Below, one piece after another: positions 39,097 to 49,240 of a stretch of 64,000 nucleotides of DNA. Within the stretch, counting starts at the first letter, position 1, and the number at the start of each line of letters is the position of its first letter. This DNA is from an uncultured Gemmatimonadales bacterium. Its GTDB lineage: Bacteria > Gemmatimonadota > Gemmatimonadetes > Gemmatimonadales > Gemmatimonadaceae. The notes below the pieces were generated by a model. That model was given only the letters and a program-made list of their open reading frames with translations. It did no database searches and was not told the DNA's origin. The stretch covers positions 3,456,001 to 3,520,000 of the forward strand of contig CAWKMU010000003.1 in NCBI GenBank assembly GCA_963850905.1. Direction: 5' to 3'. The position numbers were made by a program, and so were the translations under genes.

Positions 39097-41787
39097 ATGC
39101 TGAACGACATCCTCCTGCGCCTGCGCGCATTGCTACGCCGCCGCCGTCTCGATCAGGATTTGGACGATGAGCTGGCGTTCCACCTGGCGATGCGCGCCTC
39201 GCAGCTCGAAGCGGCGGGCGCCGACGCCCAAGCCGCGCAGCGTGGCGCACGGCGTCAGTTCGGGAATGTCACCGGCATCCGCGAGCGGCTGTGGGAGCAG
39301 TGGAGCTTCCCGTCCGTCGAATCGCTCTGGCGAGACGTGCAGTACGGGGCCCGTGTCCTGCGGCACGCGCCGGCGTTCACGATCGTGGCCATTCTGACGA
39401 TCGCGCTCGGTGTCGGCGCCAACACCGCCGTATTCAGCGTCGCCAACGCCGTGCTGGTCCGCCCACTGCCGTTCGCCCACGCCGACCAGCTCGTGCGATT
39501 GTATTCGGTCGTGGCCGGCAACACCCTGGGCCCATCGCCGGCCGACGCACGAGACCTGGCGGACGAATCCCACGTATTCGAGTCGCTCGCCGTCTACGAT
39601 TTTTGGCTCAAGAACGTCAGCCTGGCACCGGGCGATCGCCCAGAACAAGGCCGCATTGGCCTCGTCACCGATGAGTACTTCGCGGTCCTCGGCATCACCC
39701 CGACCATCGGCCGCACGTTCACGGCTGATGAGACGCGCGTCGGCAACAACAAAGTCGTCCTGCTGACCACGAAGTATTGGCGCGAGCACTTCGCGGGGAC
39801 GCGGTCCGTGTTGGGCCGCACGATCCGCATCGACGACGAGCCGTACACCGTGATCGGCGTCATGCCCGACGTGATCCCGGACTGGATCGACGGCGTGAGC
39901 GATGGGCGGGTAGTATTGTGGACACCGCTCGCGCTCCCCGCCGAAGACTACGGTCCGCTGCGCCGCGGCGATCGCAACGCCGGCACGCTCGGGCGCCTGC
40001 GCGCCGGCATCTCGATCGCGACGGCCAAGGCTGAGGTCCAACGCGTCGCCGTCCAGTTGGCCCAACGCTATCCGGTTGACCGCGGCGTTGACGCGCGGGT
40101 GTTGCCGCTGTCGGAGACGCGCGCCGGCGCGCTGCGGCCGACGCTGATCCTGCTCATCGCCTCGGCCGCGATGATCCTGCTCATCGCCTGCACCAACGTC
40201 GCCAGCCTGATCCTGGCGCGCCACACTGCGCGCCACCACGAAATGGTCGTGCGCGCATCATTGGGGGCGAGCCGCCGGACTCTCATTCGACAACTCGTGG
40301 CCGAACACCTGCTGCTGACGGTGCTCGGCGGAACGGCCGGACTGGCCGCCGCCTGGCTGACCACCACCGCACTCGTCGATCTTCGACCGCCTGCCCTCCC
40401 ACAGCTCGCCGAGGTGCGCATCGATGGGCCGGTCTTGCTCTATGCGCTGGCGGTGACACTCTCGACCGGGGCGCTATTCGGTCTCATTCCCGCCTGGTCG
40501 ACGACCCGCACCAGCCTCGGCGCCGCCATTCGGGAGGGGGGACGCTCGGGCACGACGGGCCGGCGGCGGCAGACGGAGCAGCGCGCACTGGTGGTCGCAC
40601 AAATCGCGTGCTGCGTCATCCTGGTGCTCTGGACGAGCCTCCTCGTCAAGAGCCTGCTCCGTCTCCAACACCAGGAGAACGGCTTCCAGCCCGCGCATCT
40701 GCTGACGGCTCACATGAACCTGCCGTCGGCGCGGTACCCGCACAATCCGGATCCCGGCGTGATCACGCGGTTCTGCGAGACATTCACCGAGCGCGTGCGC
40801 GCGATCCCAGGCGTGCAGGACGCGACGATCACGACGGCTTTTCCCCCTTCGAATCGCTACACACGGACGTTCACGATCGAGGGCCAAGCCACCTCGCGGC
40901 TCGATGATCTGCCGCGCGCCCGATTCGGTGTGGTCGACGTGCACTATCGCGGCACGTTGGGCATTCCGCTCGTCGCAGGGCGCGACTTCGATGAGTCCGA
41001 TGTGGCGACCAACCGCCCGGCCGTGATCCTGATCAACCAGGTCCTGGCGCGCCAATATTTCGCCCACCGCGACCCGATCGGCCGGCACCTCCAACTGCGC
41101 CAGCTCGACATGTCGTCGCCGTCGGACACCGGGATGACCGTCGCCACGATCGTCGGTGTCCTCGGAAGCACGAAGAATCGCGGGCTCGCGTTCGATCCCG
41201 ACCCCGAGGTTGTCGGCTTGTTTCGCCAGATGCCCGACATGAACTACGGCTCCAAGAACATTGTCGTGCGGTCCACCTTCGAGGCGTCCGGCGTCACCGA
41301 GCGCATGCGCGAGGCGCTTCGTGCGATCGACCCGGAGCTTGCGCTGGCGGAGCCGATGACGATCGACGCCGTGATGGCCGACCAGACAACCGACCGCCGC
41401 CTCAGCACGACGCTGTTGAGCCTCTTCACGGTGAGCGGCGTCCTGCTCGCGCTCATTGGCGTCTACGGCGTGGTGTCCTACTTCGTCGCGCAGCGTACCA
41501 AAGAGATCGGCGTCCGCGTCACCCTCGGCGCCAAACAGGCCGACATTGTGTGGCTCGTGCTCGGCCAGGGCCTCCGGCTCGCGGCTGCCGGGATCGCGCT
41601 CGGCGTCGCCGGCGCGTTTGCCATGCGATCGCTGTTATCACGTTTCCTGTTCGCGGTCACCGCGACCGACCCAACCGTCTTCGTCAGTGTTCCCTTGCTC
41701 ACCGCCAGCATCGTGATCGCAGCCTGCTACCTCCCGGCGTGGCGCGCGACGCGACTCGACCCGGTGCTAGCGCTGCGAGAGTCGTAG
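39097..41787 (+). CDS. ADOP-type duplicated ABC permease with N-terminal prefix domain
   Basis: LDDELAFHL...ARRQFGN, ALGVGANTAVFS, RTKEIGVR, YLPAWRATRLDP. Confidence 0.92.
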   Translation: MLNDILLRLRALLRRRRLDQDLDDELAFHLAMRASQLEAAGADAQAAQRGARRQFGNVTGIRERLWEQWSFPSVESLWRDVQYGARVLRHAPAFTIVAILTIALGVGANTAVFSVANAVLVRPLPFAHADQLVRLYSVVAGNTLGPSPADARDLADESHVFESLAVYDFWLKNVSLAPGDRPEQGRIGLVTDEYFAVLGITPTIGRTFTADETRVGNNKVVLLTTKYWREHFAGTRSVLGRTIRIDDEPYTVIGVMPDVIPDWIDGVSDGRVVLWTPLALPAEDYGPLRRGDRNAGTLGRLRAGISIATAKAEVQRVAVQLAQRYPVDRGVDARVLPLSETRAGALRPTLILLIASAAMILLIACTNVASLILARHTARHHEMVVRASLGASRRTLIRQLVAEHLLLTVLGGTAGLAAAWLTTTALVDLRPPALPQLAEVRIDGPVLLYALAVTLSTGALFGLIPAWSTTRTSLGAAIREGGRSGTTGRRRQTEQRALVVAQIACCVILVLWTSLLVKSLLRLQHQENGFQPAHLLTAHMNLPSARYPHNPDPGVITRFCETFTERVRAIPGVQDATITTAFPPSNRYTRTFTIEGQATSRLDDLPRARFGVVDVHYRGTLGIPLVAGRDFDESDVATNRPAVILINQVLARQYFAHRDPIGRHLQLRQLDMSSPSDTGMTVATIVGVLGSTKNRGLAFDPDPEVVGLFRQMPDMNYGSKNIVVRSTFEASGVTERMREALRAIDPELALAEPMTIDAVMADQTTDRRLSTTLLSLFTVSGVLLALIGVYGVVSYFVAQRTKEIGVRVTLGAKQADIVWLVLGQGLRLAAAGIALGVAGAFAMRSLLSRFLFAVTATDPTVFVSVPLLTASIVIAACYLPAWRATRLDPVLALRES

Positions 41788-42239
41788 GGCGTTGTGACGT
41801 CGCTCTGATCCCGCGGCTCGACAGGACTTAGAGCTTTACCTCGAGCGTGACGACGGTCGTCGGGTACCTCAGGTCGGGATTGAATACGACGACCGTAAGG
41901 TTGACGTTCTTGCAACGCATCGGACATCATGGCGACCTCGTTGATGAAGGTTTGGCGTCGCAGTGCCAGTCGGCGGGAATAACCACCCCGCGCCACCTAA
42001 ACCAACATAGCCAGCGCCGGCGATCGAGCGGAGCCAACGAGACCACTCACGCGCGAGCGCCCAGTCGTGATTGCGGCGCCTGATCAACCTCAAAACACAG
42101 ATCGCCAGCAGGGGATTCAGCCCTCATTCCACTCGGGGGCCGACGACGACCGCGGAACAGATTCGACGGCCGGCCCCGGGGGCTCGCCCCGTTAGGGGCA
42201 TCGCGGAACTCGAAGCCGTGCGTGCCGGTTCAATGGGTA

Positions 42240-43196
42240 ATGAGCGCACTCGCGCCACTGTTTGTCGAGCCTGCCGACGCGTCGTCGCGGATTGACGATG
42301 CGATCGGTCACACACCGATGGTGCGCCTCCGGCACATCGTCGAGCCTCAGATGGGCGAAATCTGGGTCAAACTCGAAGGCCTGAATCCAGGTGGATCGAT
42401 CAAGGACCGGACGGCGCTCGGAATGATTCTCGACGCCGAAGCACGCGGCGTACTGAGGCCCGGCGGGTTGATCGTCGAGCCCACCTCAGGCAATACCGGT
42501 ATTGGTCTGGCGCAAGTCGCGGCGGCGCGGGGCTATCGGTTGATTCTCTGCATGCCGTCGTCGATGAGCGACGAGCGGAAGCGCACGGTGCGGGCCTACG
42601 GCGCCGAGATCGTGCTCACCGATCCCGAGCGGCGCATGCTGGCGGCGATCGAAGAGGCAGAGAGAATTCGCGACGCGACGGGCGCGTGGATGCCCAACCA
42701 GTTCGGCAATCCCGCAAATCCGCGTATTCATTACGAGACCACGGCGCCGGAACTATGGACGCAGATGAACGGCCGCGTTGACGCATTCGTCTATGGTTCC
42801 GGCACCGGCGGGACGATAAGCGGGGTTGGACGGTACCTAAAGGAACGGCGGCCCGACACCCTCGTGGTCGCCGTCGAGCCGGCACGGTCACCCGTGCTCT
42901 CGGGCGGCGTACGTGGCCAGCACCAGTTTCAGGGTATGGGGCCGGGATTCGTGCCGGACAACTTCGACCGCTCGGTGGTCGATCGAATTATGCCGGCGTG
43001 GGAGGAGGACGCCTTCCCAGTCGCTCGGCGGCTCGCGAAAGAGGAGGGGCTCTTCGTCGGGATGTCGAGCGGCGCCATCGTCTGGGCTGCCCTCGATGTC
43101 GCCCGGGAACTGGGCCCAGATGCCCGCGTGGCGTGCATCGCACCCGACAGTGGCGCCCGCTACCTGACGACGGCGCTATACGAGAACGAGGGCTAA
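42240..43196 (+). CDS. cysK: Cysteine synthase
   Basis: IGHTPMV, NPGGSIKDR, EPTSGNTGIG, GTGGT, GMSSGA, PDSGARYL. Confidence 0.93.
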   Translation: MSALAPLFVEPADASSRIDDAIGHTPMVRLRHIVEPQMGEIWVKLEGLNPGGSIKDRTALGMILDAEARGVLRPGGLIVEPTSGNTGIGLAQVAAARGYRLILCMPSSMSDERKRTVRAYGAEIVLTDPERRMLAAIEEAERIRDATGAWMPNQFGNPANPRIHYETTAPELWTQMNGRVDAFVYGSGTGGTISGVGRYLKERRPDTLVVAVEPARSPVLSGGVRGQHQFQGMGPGFVPDNFDRSVVDRIMPAWEEDAFPVARRLAKEEGLFVGMSSGAIVWAALDVARELGPDARVACIAPDSGARYLTTALYENEG

Positions 43197-43546
43197 CGCC
43201 TCGAGTGCGTCCGGCTAGCGAAAGACACCTATGATGTTTCCGGCCCTATTTGCGCCCTACAGCGCTTTTCAAGTGGATGCACCACCGCGCCTCATGATGA
43301 TGGGAAGTCTGTTTAGCGGACGTCGTGGTGTCGGCGGCGAAGCAGGTCTTGCGCGTCCTCATCGGTGGGCCCATATGAAATGGAGGGCGACACGTTGTCG
43401 TGGAAGGTCGCTCGTCGCCCCGACGGCTCCGTCCCGATCACCATCCTGCGACGGACCGGATAGGGGAGACTTAAGTCCGCGCCGAAATCGTTCCCGCCCC
43501 ACACGCTCTTACCCTGGCAGCCTGTCTGCCGCCGTCGGAGGAATGC

Positions 43547-44014
43547 ATGCGTACCCGCACCTGGATCGGAAGCTCGCTCATTGTTCTCCTGCCGCTCCTC
43601 GTGGCATCGGCTTCGCTCGGCGCCCAGGAGCGTCGCACCTTCAACCCGCCGGGCGAACCCACTAACCTGCCGTTCACCCCCGGTATCCAGGTGGGTGACA
43701 TGCTGTTCATCGCGGGGCACGAGGGAACGCCTCTGACGGGCGACATCGAGTCGGAGACGAGGCAGGCACTCGCTGCGATCAAGAAAGTCCTCGACGCCGC
43801 GGGATTCAAGGTGACCAATGTCGTGCAGGTGACCGTGTACCTCAAGGACATCGCAGACTTCCCGAAGATGAATGGCGTGTACCGGGAGTTCTTCCCCGAC
43901 CCCAAGCCGACGCGGACGACCGTGCAGGTGGCGGCGTTGTTCAACAATGCACGGGTCGAGATCACTTCCGTCGCGGTCCGGAGTCACACCCCGGCGGGCG
44001 GCTCGGCTCACTAG
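43547..44014 (+). CDS. RidA family protein with N-terminal signal peptide
   Basis: FTPG, LFIAG, MNGVYREFF, PKPTRTTV (catalytic Arg), VEI; hydrophobic leader ending SLGAQ. Confidence 0.85.
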   Translation: MRTRTWIGSSLIVLLPLLVASASLGAQERRTFNPPGEPTNLPFTPGIQVGDMLFIAGHEGTPLTGDIESETRQALAAIKKVLDAAGFKVTNVVQVTVYLKDIADFPKMNGVYREFFPDPKPTRTTVQVAALFNNARVEITSVAVRSHTPAGGSAH

Positions 44015-44217
44015 CCGACGCGTCCGGTTGTCGCGGCACGTGTGGCGGGGAATGCCTCCTTTCCCAGCTGTGCAGCCGCCTGACGGACATCCGGCCGAAT
44101 GCACGCTTCCAGTCGCGGGGCGGGGCCCTCCTGTCAGTGCCGCGTCAGGCGTGAGCGGCCCAGAAACCAAAACAGGATGTAGGCCAGAAATGGATCGGAG
44201 CTGTAGCAGGTAATGGC

Positions 44218-46518
44218 TCATTCGGCGGCGGGGACGGGCTGCGCCGCAGCGTGGCGAGCTGGTGCAGCCGCGCGCAGCGAGATCCAGGAAGCAAGGTAGG
44301 AAGCACCGGCCACGATCAGCAGCGACCGAATCCCCGTCCACATCGAGAGCGATTCGAGCAGGCCGCCGACCAGTGCCCCTAACAAATTCGAGCCGAGCGC
44401 AGTCCCGCTGAACTGCGCCCGGGCAAAACTCTTGATGAACACGATCCCCGCAAAAAATACCGGCAGACACAGGACCGCCGTAGCGCTGAGCGCCTTGAGC
44501 CACACGGACGCGAAGAGGAAACGCTCGACGGGGATCAGATAGGCCACCAGCATGGTTGCCGCAATTCCGGCATATGCAATCTCGACGGGGAAGGCCGGCC
44601 TCCGTTCCGCAAGCAGGTTGGCGCCCACGATCAGGAGCAGTAATCCAGAAATCACGATCGAGTTGACGACCCACGTTGTCCCAAACAAGAGCGCCATCTT
44701 GCTGATGATCTGGGCCTCGAGCAGCATGAACCCCGCGCCGAGGAAGAAGAAGTGCCATCGCAGCGAGGTGACGGACACTCCCGTGCCGCGGAGGAACCAA
44801 CAACCGGTGATGAGTAGCAAGGCGGAGATGAGGACGACCGACGCCGGTACGCCCGGCAGGCGCTGATAGAAGTAGGGCCAGTCGTCCGTCGTCACAGGCA
44901 CGACCGCTGTTTCGACATCATGGTGCGTCTTGTAGTACCCGGCCAGCGCCGGGTCCGCCAGCGCTCCCCTAATCCGTTCATCCGAGCCAGCAATGAAGAA
45001 CCGCCCCGCTGTCGTGTAGCCGGTTTTGTCGGACGTGATCTGTAGTGGTCCGGAGCCGAACACATCTGTCAACAGTTCCGCGAGCCGGCCGCCAATAAAG
45101 GGCGTAGTCACTGCAAACTTGACGATGAACAGCCCGTCTGGTTTGAGCAGGCGGCGGGTAGCCCGCATCGCCTCGAGCGTGTAGACGTAGTTGTCGATGC
45201 GGATATTGGAGTAGCTGGAGCTGGTCGTGTGCGAATCGAGCAGCGAGAACACGATCAGGTCGAAATGATCGTTGGCGTTCTGCACGTAGCTCCGCGCATC
45301 GTTGACCACGACATGGACCTTGGGCGAGCTATAGGGCTTCTCGAAGTGCAGCTCGCGACCGAGCTCGAGAATGAGCGGGTCGATCTCGACGGCGACAACC
45401 CGCTCGGCGCCGTGGCGGAGGGCCGCGGCGACGTCGTTCCCCATGCCCGCGCCGAGCACGAGGACTGCCGGCGGCTGCGCGTAGAAATGATACGGCAGGT
45501 TGTACCCTTCCCAATGCGCCGTGCCGGTGCGGAACAGTTCCGGGTGACTCGCCACGAAAGGCGGCGACAAATTGATGATGTGTTGATACCACGTACCGTT
45601 GGTATTGAGTTCGTACGCGAGCAATTCGCCGGTGCCCCCTTGCCTCTCCGGTGTCAGGGTGAGTTCCTGGTAGGGTGACCAATAGGTGGTGCCGCCACCG
45701 CCTGAGGGGAGCGACCCAAGCGCCGCGCACAGTCCGAACGATACGGCACCCGTCCAGCGCGCCGTCGGGTTTCGCCACAGCAGCGCAACCAACATCACGC
45801 CTGCCACGATGAGCCAGGACGCCGGAGGCTGATCGAGAAAACAGAGGAGGGTGTAGAGGCCGATCCCCGCCAGGCTCCCAAGGATGTTTACCGAGTAGCC
45901 CCAGATGCCGCGGTCCGTGTTCTCGAGATACCACCCGACGAGCTGGCCCAGCGGGATGAAGATGAATGCGATGAGCGCGAACAGGGCCACGGTGATAGCC
46001 GCAGCGGCCGCCATGAGGCCCACGGAAGCCCAGCTGAGTCCCATGCGTGGCATGTCCCACATCGCGACGTCCGAGAACGCGCCGATAAAGTTTGGAAGAC
46101 GAGTGATCAGGGATCGCAACGCGTAAGAAGGCCAGTCGATGATCGCGGCGACCGCGACCAGCGGAGTGAGAAGCGCCAGGAGGTTCGCGCGGCGCCGGCA
46201 CAGATAGCAGCCCACGCCGAAGCCGAGAAAGCAGGCGACCAGGACAAAGTTCTTGAAGTACGCGAATATGCGAACCTCTGATGACACCCAGCGGATCATC
46301 AGGAGTTCGAGGAACAATGTCAGAGCGCTAACCAGGGTCAACTTGCCGTATGTGAAACCTCCCAGGCTTTGCGGTGAGAAATCCCAGCGCGCAATCAGTT
46401 TTCGCCATTTGCCTCCAGTGTCGGGACTTTGTCGCACGGCGTAGAAACGAAGCAAGACAATGTTGAGAACCACCAGGGCGACAAACACCCAGAGGAGAAA
46501 CGGCATTTGGCCCATCAT
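44218..46518 (-). CDS. Membrane-embedded spermidine-synthase-like / SAM-dependent methyltransferase-fold protein
   Basis: TM blocks flanking WSPYQ, LVLGAGMGND, VEIDP, DARSY, FDLIVF. Confidence 0.8.
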   Translation of the reverse strand: MMGQMPFLLWVFVALVVLNIVLLRFYAVRQSPDTGGKWRKLIARWDFSPQSLGGFTYGKLTLVSALTLFLELLMIRWVSSEVRIFAYFKNFVLVACFLGFGVGCYLCRRRANLLALLTPLVAVAAIIDWPSYALRSLITRLPNFIGAFSDVAMWDMPRMGLSWASVGLMAAAAAITVALFALIAFIFIPLGQLVGWYLENTDRGIWGYSVNILGSLAGIGLYTLLCFLDQPPASWLIVAGVMLVALLWRNPTARWTGAVSFGLCAALGSLPSGGGGTTYWSPYQELTLTPERQGGTGELLAYELNTNGTWYQHIINLSPPFVASHPELFRTGTAHWEGYNLPYHFYAQPPAVLVLGAGMGNDVAAALRHGAERVVAVEIDPLILELGRELHFEKPYSSPKVHVVVNDARSYVQNANDHFDLIVFSLLDSHTTSSSYSNIRIDNYVYTLEAMRATRRLLKPDGLFIVKFAVTTPFIGGRLAELLTDVFGSGPLQITSDKTGYTTAGRFFIAGSDERIRGALADPALAGYYKTHHDVETAVVPVTTDDWPYFYQRLPGVPASVVLISALLLITGCWFLRGTGVSVTSLRWHFFFLGAGFMLLEAQIISKMALLFGTTWVVNSIVISGLLLLIVGANLLAERRPAFPVEIAYAGIAATMLVAYLIPVERFLFASVWLKALSATAVLCLPVFFAGIVFIKSFARAQFSGTALGSNLLGALVGGLLESLSMWTGIRSLLIVAGASYLASWISLRAAAPARHAAAQPVPAAE

Positions 46519-46779
46519 GTCTACGCCCACCTCGTGCTGCGGCTCGGCCTGCGACCACGGCAGCTGTTATAGGTCATCAGCAGTTGGGATGTCGCTGAGG
46601 AGCCAAGGACCGCACTGGGCCTTGCCTCGATGCGATTGTGAGACCACCAGTGCGACGCCAGAATGTAGTCCATGCCTGTCTAGGCGCGATCTGGTCCAAG
46701 ATACGCTTGGGACAGCCGCACGGAGTTCGCGTGCCGGTCACAGGCGCCGGCCAAGGCCCTGTTGAGGCGGTCGATCAAG

Positions 46780-46926
46780 TTGGTCACGGACGCGCTCCAG
46801 CGCGGAGTGAGGCCCATGGGATTTGCGACGCAAATCGGGCACGGAAACGCGACGCTGGTGCTGAAGACGTACGGTCGCTTACTGCTGGATGAAGCGGACT
46901 TGAAGCAGGCGCGCGTGGTGGCGTAG
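46780..46926 (+). pseudogene. C-terminal remnant of a tyrosine recombinase
   Basis: Reads LVTDALQRG..FATQIGH...LVLKTYG, matching QLRRG..QLGH..LYTTYG of the 59010 integrase. Confidence 0.6.
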
Positions 46927-46947
46927 TACACAGTAGCTGAGATCGGA

Positions 46948-47163
46948 TCAGTCGTTGTCTCCGAACGGCCACTGGTCTGATTTCCGCAACAGCGCCATCG
47001 CAAGGAGGCACAAGCCAAAAGCTCCAACGCCGACGTGCAACCATGCAGAGAGCTGGCGGTCCGCTTCGCCGGACCCCGCGAATATGAGCGCCAGGACAAT
47101 GAGACCGACGAACGCTCGACGACGGAGGCCAGGACTAAAGAATGGCCGGCTCACAAGAATCAC
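46948..47163 (-). CDS. Small two-TM hypothetical protein, possibly truncated by the adjacent IS
   Basis: AFVGLIVLALIFAG and LHVGVGAFGLCLLAMALL. Confidence 0.35.
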   Translation of the reverse strand: MILVSRPFFSPGLRRRAFVGLIVLALIFAGSGEADRQLSAWLHVGVGAFGLCLLAMALLRKSDQWPFGDND

Positions 47164-47178
47164 CGGCTCACAGCGCGT

Positions 47179-49239
47179 TGTCGCCTCTCGCATTGCCTCA
47201 TGAAAACCGTTACTGACAAGGTCCGTTGCCTGACCTGACTTGTTACCGGTGAGGCACCTGCACCATGATGCCCTCACGACAGGGAGGCATCATGAAGCGA
47301 AGCATGACACGTGCGACTCGTGCAGAGCTCACCGACGCCATTCGAGGGCGCTACCGGGGCGCTGCCGGTTCGGCGAAGCGCCGGATCCTCGAGGAGTTCA
47401 TAGCGGCCACCGGCTACCACGAGAAGTCTGCGATCCGCGTCCTCAACAGCGTTCCTGTAGCGATAGTCCGCCAGCGACGGCAGCGTCCGTCACTGTACGA
47501 TGAAGCCGTACGCGCGGCCATCATTGTGCTGTGGGAGGCTTCGGATCGGGTATGCGGCAAGCGGCTGAGAGCGCTGCTCCCGATCCTCCTCCCGGCTTTG
47601 GAGCGCCATGGGCATCTGAGGCTTGATGAGGAAATACGGCCGAAGATCCTGGCGATGAGCGCCTCGACAATCGACCGCTTGTTGCGGGTGGCGAGGCAGG
47701 CCACTCGGACCAGGCAGATCGCGCGCGTCGTACCCGAATCGCGGCGGCGCATCAAGATGCGCACCTTTGCCGATTGGAATGAGCCTGCGCCTGGCAGCAT
47801 GGAGATGGACTTGGTGGCTCACTGTGGAGAGGTCAACCGCGGCAGCTATGTCCACAGCTTGGTTCTGACCGATATCGCGAGCGGATGGACGGAAGCGGCG
47901 CCGATCGTGGTCCGAGAGGGCAGCTTGGTCGTCGAGACCCTCGAGCGGATCCGGGCCGGCCTGCCCTTCGCTCTGCGCGCGTTGGACGTGGACAATGGCA
48001 GTGAGTTCGTGAATGACCGGCTCATCGAGTATTGCCTGAGCCATGGCATCGAACTCACCCGCTCGCGGCCCTACCGCAAGAACGATCAGGCGTGGATCGA
48101 GCAGAAGAACGGCGCCATTGTGCGCAAGCTCGTGGGCTATCGGCGCTTCGAAGGTCTCGCCGCTGCCCGAGCGATCACGCGCCTGTACGCGGCATCCAGG
48201 CTGTTCGTGAACTTCTTCCAGCCCTCGTTCAAACTGGCGGCGAAGGAGCGGGACGGCGCGAAAGTGACCAAGCGCTATCATGCCCCCCAGACTCCTTGCG
48301 AGCGACTACTGCAGGCGGAAAGCATCCCGACGCTTGCCAAGGACAAGCTGCGTGAGATTGTCGCGGCGCTGGATCCCTTGAAGCTCCTCGAGGAAATGCG
48401 GGCCGTCCAGGCCTACCTGGCGGCGCTGGCGGATGGTGAGGCGCCGCCGCAAATGACCTCGGAGCCGCCTAATCTCGCCGCGTTCGTGGCCAGCTTGTCC
48501 AGTGCCTGGCACGCCGGTGAGATCCGTCCGACGTTTTCCAGCGAGGCCAAACCGCGATACCTGCGCGGCTTGCAGAAGATCTCGTCGCCGCGCCCGACCG
48601 CGAACCCCGTCATGACCTGCAATCCGGTGACTGTGGACATTACCGCCATTGCTGCGAAGCCGCAGGAGAGACCACGGGCGATCTACGCTGAGCGTGGCCG
48701 CGCCCGTGTCCAGGCGCTACGTATGGTGTGGCCAATCGTGTACCGCCGACTGGAAGGATTGCCAAACATCAACGCCATGCAGCTCTTCGAGGAACTCTGT
48801 ATCCAGTTCCCCGGTCGATTTAGCCGCGCACAGTACAGAGCGCTGCTTCGTCGCATCAATCTGTGGCGCCGAGATGCGCGGGCACGCGGCGTTATCATCG
48901 GTCCGAAAACCTACCGACGGCTCAGCGACAAGCCGCGAGGTCGCCGTCCTCAAGTCTTCAGCGCAGACTGGGCGGAGATGGCGCAATGTCTAGAGGAGAA
49001 TCCCGATCAGACCGCGCTGGAGCTGCTCATCGAATTCCAAGCCCGCTATCCAGGACGCTATAGCCTACAGCAACTCAACACGTTGCAGAAACGAGTGCGA
49101 GCGTGGCGACAACACGCTGTTGAGCGGCTGATAGCTGGAGAAGGCGGCCTCACATCGTACGCTTTCCAGAACTGCTATCGGTCCCCAACGGGTAACCTCG
49201 TCAATGACGCATCGGGTAACACAATTACGTGAGGCAACA
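47179..49239 (+). mobile_element. Insertion sequence with TGT...ACA ends and subterminal repeats; family unassigned
   Basis: Left TGTCGCCTCTCG vs reverse-complemented right TGTTGCCTCACG; TTGCCTCA-N8/9-GTTAC-like repeats twice at each end. Confidence 0.65.
47292..49232 (+). CDS. DDE (rve-like) transposase with two IstA-like helical domains at the C-terminus
   Basis: EMDLVAHCG, DVDNGSEF, SRPYRKNDQAWIEQKN; RBS GGGAGG. Confidence 0.88.
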   Translation: MKRSMTRATRAELTDAIRGRYRGAAGSAKRRILEEFIAATGYHEKSAIRVLNSVPVAIVRQRRQRPSLYDEAVRAAIIVLWEASDRVCGKRLRALLPILLPALERHGHLRLDEEIRPKILAMSASTIDRLLRVARQATRTRQIARVVPESRRRIKMRTFADWNEPAPGSMEMDLVAHCGEVNRGSYVHSLVLTDIASGWTEAAPIVVREGSLVVETLERIRAGLPFALRALDVDNGSEFVNDRLIEYCLSHGIELTRSRPYRKNDQAWIEQKNGAIVRKLVGYRRFEGLAAARAITRLYAASRLFVNFFQPSFKLAAKERDGAKVTKRYHAPQTPCERLLQAESIPTLAKDKLREIVAALDPLKLLEEMRAVQAYLAALADGEAPPQMTSEPPNLAAFVASLSSAWHAGEIRPTFSSEAKPRYLRGLQKISSPRPTANPVMTCNPVTVDITAIAAKPQERPRAIYAERGRARVQALRMVWPIVYRRLEGLPNINAMQLFEELCIQFPGRFSRAQYRALLRRINLWRRDARARGVIIGPKTYRRLSDKPRGRRPQVFSADWAEMAQCLEENPDQTALELLIEFQARYPGRYSLQQLNTLQKRVRAWRQHAVERLIAGEGGLTSYAFQNCYRSPTGNLVNDASGNTIT

Positions 49240-49240
49240 C

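Noticed and set aside
41799..41943. Protein-like frame DLELYLERDDGRRVPQVGIEYDDRKVDVLA
   Set aside because: No start codon and no recognisable family; at most a gene scrap
8158..46518. Arginine decarboxylase and spermidine-synthase-like gene as one polyamine pathway
   Set aside because: About 35 kb apart, no speB or speD, and the second protein lacks the canonical motif
47146..47178. GGCTCACAG as the displaced outer end of the ISL3 left IR
   Set aside because: Register is off by one relative to the right IR, and no 8-bp target duplication matches the flank at 51004
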